A stretch of 64,000 nucleotides of DNA from contig CACJIM010000003.1 of NCBI GenBank assembly GCA_902593475.1, forward strand, positions 10,718 to 74,717, given 5' to 3'. The stretch is from an uncultured Candidatus Actinomarina sp. (GTDB lineage Bacteria > Actinomycetota > Acidimicrobiia > Actinomarinales > Actinomarinaceae). How positions within the stretch are numbered: position 1 is the first letter of the stretch; every line of letters starts with the position of its first letter. A program made the position numbers and the translations under genes. This document shows positions 58,023-64,000 of the stretch, one piece after another. The notes below the pieces were generated by a model, which ran no database searches, was not told where the DNA came from, and saw nothing but the letters and a program-made list of their open reading frames with translations.

Positions 58023-58237
58023 TGGCTCAGGGTGTTGTAAAATCTTATGACCCAAATACAGGTAATGGAATTATCTTACTAGACACAGACAAATCAGAAG
58101 TCTTTCTTGCACCCGGATCCTTAAAGGGATCTATTTTTAGAACTCTAAGGCAGGGACAAAGAGTAAATTTCGATATAGAAAATAGAGAAGAAGTTTTAAC
58201 TGTTGTGAATATACGAATCGGACAAGATAAATACTAA
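58022..58237 (+). CDS. cold-shock-domain-like protein with degenerate RNA-binding motifs
   Basis: Colinear with CspA (GxVKxxxxxxGxGxI...VFxxx...GQxVxFxIE). The aromatic RNP1/RNP2 residues are replaced (GNGIIL, VFLAP). TAATG overlap with rpmB. Confidence 0.6.
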   Translation: MAQGVVKSYDPNTGNGIILLDTDKSEVFLAPGSLKGSIFRTLRQGQRVNFDIENREEVLTVVNIRIGQDKY

Positions 58238-58246
58238 TTGCATTTA

Positions 58247-59446
58247 ATGTCTTTAATAGATTTACAACTTGATAATAAAGAAATAATACAAAAACATTTT
58301 AGTGGCCTTTGTTGTGATGATTTCACTTATCCATTTTTGTCTGGTGGGCAGTCAAATGCAGATAATGCATTAAATCAATTAAACATTGATAAATATGCTA
58401 CAAAAAGAAACAATGTTTACCCAAAAGATTCAAGAGGTTCATCTTATTTATCCCCCTATATACGACATGGTTTACTTAGTCTTTCTGATGTATGGAAAGC
58501 AGTTGAAAAATTTGAATACAAAGATAGAACTAAATTCCAAGATGAGTTGCTCTGGCAAGAGTTTTCAAGACATTTATATGCAATAGTTGGTAAAAAATCA
58601 AGAAAATATCTAAATTACAAAATAGAAAAACCTCAATCGAATGCAAATATTTATAAAAATATGAATTGTGTATCTACTATTGAAGAAGAACTGGAAAAAA
58701 CAGGTTATATGGTTAACCAAACAAGAATGTGGTATGCATCTCATAATTCTTTAAGGGTGGGTAACGACTGGAATCAATATGAAGACTATATGTTTCAACA
58801 TTTATTAGATGGGTCTCGTTTTGCAAACAGGTTAGGATGGCATTGGGTCATGGGATCACAAACAGGAAAGCCATATGGATTTTCCAAATTCCAAGTTGAA
58901 AATAGGGCACCAAAGTTATGTAATAATTGTGAATTAAAATATGACTGCCCTATTCAAGAATGGCCACAAACAAATATTTCTAAAAAATTAAGTAATGATT
59001 TTAAAGTAGATGAAGAAAAAGTTTTCGGTCCAAAAAACATAAGAGAAAATAATAGTACTAAACCATCCTTTGTATGGATTACAGGTGAATCTATCGGAGA
59101 CAATGATCCAGCAATGATTCAATATCACGAACTACCAGTAATTTTTATATTTGATATAGAGCTGTTAAGTAAATTGCAATTATCAACAAAGAGAATTAAT
59201 TTTTTACTTGATTGCCTTAAAGAAATTAATAACAAAAGGGAGCTGCAAGTACATTTAACCAATCCAGATGATTATTTACAAAATAAAAATTTTGCATCAA
59301 CATTTGCACCAGTACCAAAATACAAAAAAATTACAGAAAGAAATATTCCATCTGTAGAATTCCCTGCATTACGACTTGCAGATCCCATTAATTTTTACCC
59401 TACAAGTTTCAGTTCATGGAGAAAAAAGATAAAGTTAAATATATGA
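58247..59446 (+). CDS. photolyase/cryptochrome-family flavoprotein with swapped domain order (FAD-binding helical domain first, alpha/beta domain last)
   Basis: Residues 1-250 align with the FAD_binding_7 domain (GGxxxAxxxL, SRxSSYLSPYIRHGLLS, ELLWQEFSRHL, EKTGY, NRLGWHWVMGSQTG). Residues 275-399 align with the photolyase N-terminal alpha/beta domain (FVWITGESIGDNDPAM, LPVIFIFD, RINFLLDCLKEIN, YPTSFSSWRK). Confidence 0.75.
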   Translation: MSLIDLQLDNKEIIQKHFSGLCCDDFTYPFLSGGQSNADNALNQLNIDKYATKRNNVYPKDSRGSSYLSPYIRHGLLSLSDVWKAVEKFEYKDRTKFQDELLWQEFSRHLYAIVGKKSRKYLNYKIEKPQSNANIYKNMNCVSTIEEELEKTGYMVNQTRMWYASHNSLRVGNDWNQYEDYMFQHLLDGSRFANRLGWHWVMGSQTGKPYGFSKFQVENRAPKLCNNCELKYDCPIQEWPQTNISKKLSNDFKVDEEKVFGPKNIRENNSTKPSFVWITGESIGDNDPAMIQYHELPVIFIFDIELLSKLQLSTKRINFLLDCLKEINNKRELQVHLTNPDDYLQNKNFASTFAPVPKYKKITERNIPSVEFPALRLADPINFYPTSFSSWRKKIKLNI

Positions 59447-59865
59447 GAAGATATTTAATTTTTACATTCTTGTTTTTTCACAATTATATTTATATCTATT
59501 CAAATGGCAGAATAGGAAAATTTCTACAAGGAAGACCGTGTTTAATTCTTTTTTCAACTGGTGCCAAGACCAATTTGTTAAGAAAAAATGTACTTGTTTT
59601 CATGAAAGAAGGTAATGAAATTTGTTTAGTAGCATCTAAAGGTGGAAGTCCTACTAATCCAGGCTGGTATCATAATTTAAAAGCTAACCCTAAATGTGAA
59701 ATTCAAATTGGAAGAAAGAAATACAATGCAGTCGCTAAAGAAGTATTTGATGAAGAGCGTGAAGACTGGTGGTCAAAAATGGATTACATGAATAAAGGTG
59801 GATATTCCAATTACCAACAAAGAACAAAACGAAAAATACCTGTATTAATTTTAAATTTGTCTTAG
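59443..59865 (+). CDS. Ddn-family deazaflavin (F420H2)-dependent nitroreductase / quinone reductase
   Basis: Near-colinear with M. tuberculosis Ddn (ASKGGSPTNPGWYHNLKANPKCEIQIG, TKRKIPVLIL). ATGA overlap with the upstream stop. Track start at 59416 is also possible. Confidence 0.85.
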   Translation: MRRYLIFTFLFFHNYIYIYSNGRIGKFLQGRPCLILFSTGAKTNLLRKNVLVFMKEGNEICLVASKGGSPTNPGWYHNLKANPKCEIQIGRKKYNAVAKEVFDEEREDWWSKMDYMNKGGYSNYQQRTKRKIPVLILNLS

Positions 59866-59918
59866 TCTATTTTTGCGCCTAAGTCAGTTTTGTAATTTAT
59901 TTTAAATTTCATCAATGT

Positions 59919-60554
59919 TTAAAGGCTATTAAAAACTGTTTCTATAATATCTATAGATAAATTATCAACAATTAAGTCAGCTTTATTTAATTCATCTTTT
60001 GAAAATATACCTCTATCAATTGCAACTACAAAAGAACCGGATGCCTTCCCAGATGATATTCCAGGAGGACTGTCTTCAATAACTATATTCTTACTAGTTT
60101 GAAGTTCACTGATCGCTTTATTGTAAATATCTGGATATGGTTTATTTCTTTCAACTTGATCACCTCCTATAACATATGAGAAATAATCAAAAATATTTGC
60201 TTTTATTAATTTATTTTTTAATAACTCATAAGGGCTTGCTGAGGCACATGCTGACGTCCATCCCCTGTTGTTTGTCTCCTCGAGTAATATTTTTGCATCT
60301 TGAAACATTAGTTTTTCGTTCAACGTCCCTTCTATAATTTTTCCAAGAGATGCCATGGTTTTCTCAAAATTTTCTAAATCTACATTTTTTGCATAAAAGC
60401 TGTGAACCAATCTATCGTCAATACCCACCCATTGTCTAGTTTCCTCTTCAGATATCTCAAGTCCAAAATCACTCAGATGTTCTTTCCATGCTAATCCATA
60501 TGATGTTTCGGTATCCATTAAAGTGCCATCACAGTCCCAATAAATACCGTTCAT
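59919..60554 (-). CDS. HAD-superfamily hydrolase (beta-phosphoglucomutase-like subfamily)
   Basis: Motif I DCDGTLMDTE and C-terminal motifs III/IV (IEDSPPG). Confidence 0.8.
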   Translation of the reverse strand: MNGIYWDCDGTLMDTETSYGLAWKEHLSDFGLEISEEETRQWVGIDDRLVHSFYAKNVDLENFEKTMASLGKIIEGTLNEKLMFQDAKILLEETNNRGWTSACASASPYELLKNKLIKANIFDYFSYVIGGDQVERNKPYPDIYNKAISELQTSKNIVIEDSPPGISSGKASGSFVVAIDRGIFSKDELNKADLIVDNLSIDIIETVFNSL

Positions 60555-60560
60555 AAATTT

Positions 60561-61643
60561 TTAACCTAATTTGCTTTGTATGTCTTTAGCGCTTTTTAAA
60601 GCTATTCCGTCTGATCCCTCTGTACTCCAATGGGTAACACTATTTTTTGCCTCTTCTATCATGTCATTTAAAAGTTCAAACTTACTTTTACCAATATTTT
60701 GCCAAAGATATAATGCATGGCTTCCAGGAATTGTATTAACTTCATTTAAATATAAATTTTCACTGTGAAGTAAAAAATCTACTCTTGATATTCCTCTTAT
60801 TTCAATTTTTTCAACGAATAATGTAAGTATTGTTTTAATTTGAGATTCAATTTCTGTATTAATAGTTGCAGGTAATTCCCTTTTAGATCCTTCTAATCCT
60901 CCGTTATCAAGATATTTATCATTGTATGAAAACAATTCAAAACTACTTGTCCTAATTGGTTTTTCAATTTCTGAGAAATCTAAGTTTGGGTATGTCCTAA
61001 TTCCAATAAGAAGATCGTTAGAGTTTTCAAGAAATTTTTCTACAGTTGCTCCTTGACTGTAAATTTTTGAATTTCTAGAGAGTTTTAAAGCTGTTTCGTA
61101 GTCTTCAACAACCTCTACCCCGATAGAGGACCCTCCAAATCTAGGTTTTAAAATATAAGGTCCAGAAAAATTAGGTTTAGTATTTTTGCTAACTAAGTGT
61201 TTATCTAAAACAGGTATTCCAATTTCTTTAATTAATGTAAAGAAAACGTACTTATCCATACCTATCTGTGAAGTAGTCAACGAGGGTCCTGTATAATTAA
61301 TATTTAGTAAACTTAATAAACTTTGAAGTGTTCCATCTTCCCCTGGCCCACCATGACAAGCATTCACTGCTACTTCAAATGATATTTTTTTCTTTTTTAA
61401 ATAAAATCCTGGCTCTGAATCATATTTTATCGTTAATTCTTTCTTGAAAATATCGTCATTATCAACAAAATCTATTGATTCTAAGGCATTATTTACCAAA
61501 TACCATTTATTGTCTTTTGACCAATAAATATTATTAACATCATATTTATTAGATAAAATCCTGGAAGACTGCAAACCAGTCAATATAGATATATCATGCT
61601 CGTCAGATGGGCCACCAAATATTACGGCAATTGATTCTGTCAT
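60561..61643 (-). CDS. ddl: D-alanine--D-alanine ligase
   Basis: VIFGGPSDEHDIS, HGGPGEDGTLQ and EVNTIPG ATP-grasp motifs. Confidence 0.9.
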   Translation of the reverse strand: MTESIAVIFGGPSDEHDISILTGLQSSRILSNKYDVNNIYWSKDNKWYLVNNALESIDFVDNDDIFKKELTIKYDSEPGFYLKKKKISFEVAVNACHGGPGEDGTLQSLLSLLNINYTGPSLTTSQIGMDKYVFFTLIKEIGIPVLDKHLVSKNTKPNFSGPYILKPRFGGSSIGVEVVEDYETALKLSRNSKIYSQGATVEKFLENSNDLLIGIRTYPNLDFSEIEKPIRTSSFELFSYNDKYLDNGGLEGSKRELPATINTEIESQIKTILTLFVEKIEIRGISRVDFLLHSENLYLNEVNTIPGSHALYLWQNIGKSKFELLNDMIEEAKNSVTHWSTEGSDGIALKSAKDIQSKLG

Positions 61644-61646
61644 ATT

Positions 61647-63170
61647 TTAAGGATGATGATCAGGTAAATCGTTTTCAAATAATACAATATCATTTTCATT
61701 CACAACAGAGTTTAGATAAGAAACAGCTAAATCTCTATTTTTAAAATATTTTACTGGAATATTATTTTCTTCAAATGCAAGCATTAACGGTCCCTTGTTG
61801 GTGTAACCAACGATAAGGGCTTCATCAATAACTTCACTTGCATAATGAGCAAATTCATAATTATAACTAAATTGTTCAGAACCTAGCTCGACCATTCCAG
61901 GAGTTATAAGATACTTTTTACCAGCACCATTAAAATCTTCTAATGTTTCAAGCGAAGAAATAAATGAAATAGGATTCGAATTAAATGAATTATCTATAAT
62001 TGTTTGACCCATATTTCCCTGAAGAATAGTTTGACGATGATCAGTTTTTTCTAACTCACCAAGACTTTCAAGATAAGATTTAACATTTAGTTCTAATGCA
62101 ACCATAACTCCAACTGATAAGGATATAGATAATTGTAGGATTTTGGGGCCTTCAACATTACCTATAAATTCTCCTCCAATGTAAACACTATGTAATTTAT
62201 TTTTGTAGTCTACAAAAACTGCAGCTCTTTCAGAAGTCGTAGAGCAATCTATAACCATCTTCTGGGCGGTCCAAAGTCTTGCTTGATTCAACAAAAGTGG
62301 ATCATCACCATTGATAACTACAGAACCAGTTAAGTCGACTATTTCAGACTTTGCATCAAGTATATTTTCCAAAGTTTTCATTCTTTCAAGGTGAACTGGT
62401 GCTATTCCTGTTATTACTGATATGTGAGGTCTGACCCATGAACACATTTCTCTGATCTCTCCAAAACCATAAGTACCCATTTCAATAATTGAAATTTCGT
62501 CATCTTTTTTTAGATTTTCATTGATTGCTTTTGCTATACCTAAACGATTATTAAAACTTTCTGGTGTTACAAAAGTTTTATTTTTTTGAGAAAGAATCTG
62601 AGACAATATATTTTTAGTTGTAGTTTTTGAGTATGAACCAGTGATTGCAATTATTGGGCCATCAAACATTTTTAATTCATTTTCTGCATCAATAATAAAT
62701 TTTTCGGATTTATTTTTTTCATAACCCTTTGTAAACCTTAGAGCTTGGTCATAGACATAAAAAGAAAATAAATTAGCAACTAATGCAATAAAGTAACCTA
62801 AATCCATTGTTAAAGATACAATAGAAATCAAAACTATAAGAATGCAATATATTATATTCAGTCTTTTAAGCCTTTCGGTTAGGTTCACTTTGGTTGTTCT
62901 GTATTTAAAATCTAATCCAAGCGGTGTTACTAGAGTTAAGACTGATAGTAATAATGCTGGGTATGGTGACCATAAACTCAATAAAGCCAGGATGATAGCA
63001 AGAAAAAAATAAAGATTATTAAATGGGACTAACCTAACCCATCTGAAATAAAATTTAGTGACATATCCCGAGATATAATGTTCTCTTTGAGCAATTCTGC
63101 CCCACCTTACTGAATTCAAGCATGAACTCAAAGTAAGCAAAATTAAAACAAATATATAAAGTAAATTCAT
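61647..63170 (-). CDS. MurF-type Mur ligase paralog with N-terminal ~170-aa four-helix membrane domain
   Basis: Central Mur ligase ATPase domain (ITGSYSKTT P-loop, EMGTYGFGEI) and a MurF-type C-terminal DNSFNSNPIS. The N-terminal substrate domain is replaced by TM helices. Confidence 0.75.
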   Translation of the reverse strand: MNLLYIFVLILLTLSSCLNSVRWGRIAQREHYISGYVTKFYFRWVRLVPFNNLYFFLAIILALLSLWSPYPALLLSVLTLVTPLGLDFKYRTTKVNLTERLKRLNIIYCILIVLISIVSLTMDLGYFIALVANLFSFYVYDQALRFTKGYEKNKSEKFIIDAENELKMFDGPIIAITGSYSKTTTKNILSQILSQKNKTFVTPESFNNRLGIAKAINENLKKDDEISIIEMGTYGFGEIREMCSWVRPHISVITGIAPVHLERMKTLENILDAKSEIVDLTGSVVINGDDPLLLNQARLWTAQKMVIDCSTTSERAAVFVDYKNKLHSVYIGGEFIGNVEGPKILQLSISLSVGVMVALELNVKSYLESLGELEKTDHRQTILQGNMGQTIIDNSFNSNPISFISSLETLEDFNGAGKKYLITPGMVELGSEQFSYNYEFAHYASEVIDEALIVGYTNKGPLMLAFEENNIPVKYFKNRDLAVSYLNSVVNENDIVLFENDLPDHHP

Positions 63171-63874
63171 CTTTTTATAATTTCCACAATTTTTTCTGCA
63201 CTGCTTCTAAGCATATTGTGACCTTCGTCAGGAATTATCGTTAATTCAGAATCACAAATTATACTGCTTGAGTCGATACCAACTTTTACTGGTACCACCA
63301 AATCATCTTGTCCATAAATAAGTTCAACTTTTGTAGAGATTTTAGGAAGAATTTCAGTCAAATCATCATTCACTGCCATTACTAATGTATCTTTTAAAAC
63401 TTTATTAGCATTTCTATAATCATCAGAACCATATTTATTTTTTAATTCATCAAGCCTGCGGTCACTAATAATATTTAATTTATTCATAAATTTATATAAT
63501 TTAAAAACAGAAAAACCACTGTTCGGTTTTAATTTTCTAATAAGTGGTGATGCAATAATCACTATTTTTCTGTAATTTCGCAGTTGTGAAAGGTGTACTG
63601 CTATTCTTCCTCCAAAAGAATGGCCAACAATAACATCAACTGATTCTGGTATTAATTTAATAAGGTACTCAGCATAACTTTTTGGTGAAAAACTTTTTGT
63701 AAATGGTACAGACTTCCCAAATCCAGGTATATCAATAGTTATAAAATCAAAATGCGTTTCAATCTTGTTAAAATCTTTACCACTTGTACCCCACCCATGT
63801 AAGAAACACACTTTAGGATTCTCTGAATTTACATTGGCAAATGTTAAGTCATCATTCAATATTTTATACGCCAT
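63167..63874 (-). CDS. alpha/beta hydrolase
   Basis: GHSFGG nucleophile elbow and CFLHGWG oxyanion region. 4-nt overlap with the downstream ligase. Confidence 0.8.
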   Translation of the reverse strand: MAYKILNDDLTFANVNSENPKVCFLHGWGTSGKDFNKIETHFDFITIDIPGFGKSVPFTKSFSPKSYAEYLIKLIPESVDVIVGHSFGGRIAVHLSQLRNYRKIVIIASPLIRKLKPNSGFSVFKLYKFMNKLNIISDRRLDELKNKYGSDDYRNANKVLKDTLVMAVNDDLTEILPKISTKVELIYGQDDLVVPVKVGIDSSSIICDSELTIIPDEGHNMLRSSAEKIVEIIKR

Positions 63875-63877
63875 TAG

Positions 63878-64000
63878 TTAAGTCCTAGCCCTATTGTCTG
63901 AATTGCTCTGATTTCCATACCCATCAAAAAGAGTAATGCAAATGACCAATAAAGATGATAATTCACTTTCATTTCGTTTCTGTAAATATATAGAAATGTC
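63878..64000 (-). CDS. partial CDS (C-terminal 40 codons; start outside window), unknown function
   Basis: Open frame running to the window edge. Its stop is 3 nt from the next start on the same strand. Not in the supplied ORF track. Confidence 0.35.
   Translation of the reverse strand, partial: DISIYLQKRNESELSSLLVICITLFDGYGNQSNSDNRART

Noticed and set aside
59416-59442. Upstream ATG (59416) as the start of the Ddn-like gene
   Set aside because: Possible, but it would overlap the photolyase-like gene by 31 nt. The ATG at 59443 forms a classic ATGA stop/start overlap and still leaves the N-terminal amphipathic segment typical of Ddn. I kept the upstream start only as an alternative.
1-64000. 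tRNA, rRNA, CRISPR arrays, insertion sequences
   Set aside because: Intergenic spacers are short (mostly <130 nt) and none shows tRNA-like T-arm/anticodon features or repeated spacer-repeat units. No transposase-like ORF or inverted terminal repeats were seen.

Overview
The window is a low-GC (about one-third G+C) bacterial chromosomal segment. Gene content and order match the conserved actinobacterial core very closely. The inferred source is a streamlined marine actinobacterium (Actinomarina-like); this is an inference and was not searched.

Most genes are on the minus strand in long housekeeping operons: rpsO-pnp; truB-ribF; rimP-nusA-infB-rbfA-nrnA; proS; ispG; rseP-cdsA-frr-pyrH-tsf-rpsB-xerC; rpsP-KH-rimM ... 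trmD-rplS-lepB-rnhB; smc-mutM-rnc-plsX-rpmF-yceD-coaD-rsmD-recG.

Accessory and unusual content sits between these operons:
- a divergent umuC / umuD-like pair next to an unassigned 287-aa protein;
- a small detox/redox cluster (haloalkane-dehalogenase-like hydrolase, methyltransferase, redoxin, flavin reductase, F420-type luciferase-like oxidoreductase);
- a 6.3-kb insertion that splits the normally contiguous rpsP-rimM-trmD-rplS operon. It carries split FO-synthase genes (cofG, and a cofH with a roughly 250-aa extra N-terminal domain), a tandem pair of GAPDH genes in which the first copy has lost the catalytic cysteine, ridA and a class I amidotransferase;
- a nucleoside-salvage cluster (upp-deoB-purine nucleoside phosphorylase, cdd) around etfBA;
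- a signal peptidase I whose conserved N-terminal membrane segment has no canonical start codon;
- a MurF-type ligase with a four-helix membrane N-terminus next to ddl.

The most striking feature is the rpmB operon. It encodes L28, a degenerate cold-shock-domain protein, a photolyase homolog whose two domains are in swapped (circularly permuted) order, and a translationally coupled Ddn-type F420H2-dependent reductase.

No rRNA, tRNA, CRISPR arrays or insertion sequences were recognised. The small ORFs on the opposite strand inside genes are treated as artefacts. Printed positions I derived by hand may be off by 1-2 nt.
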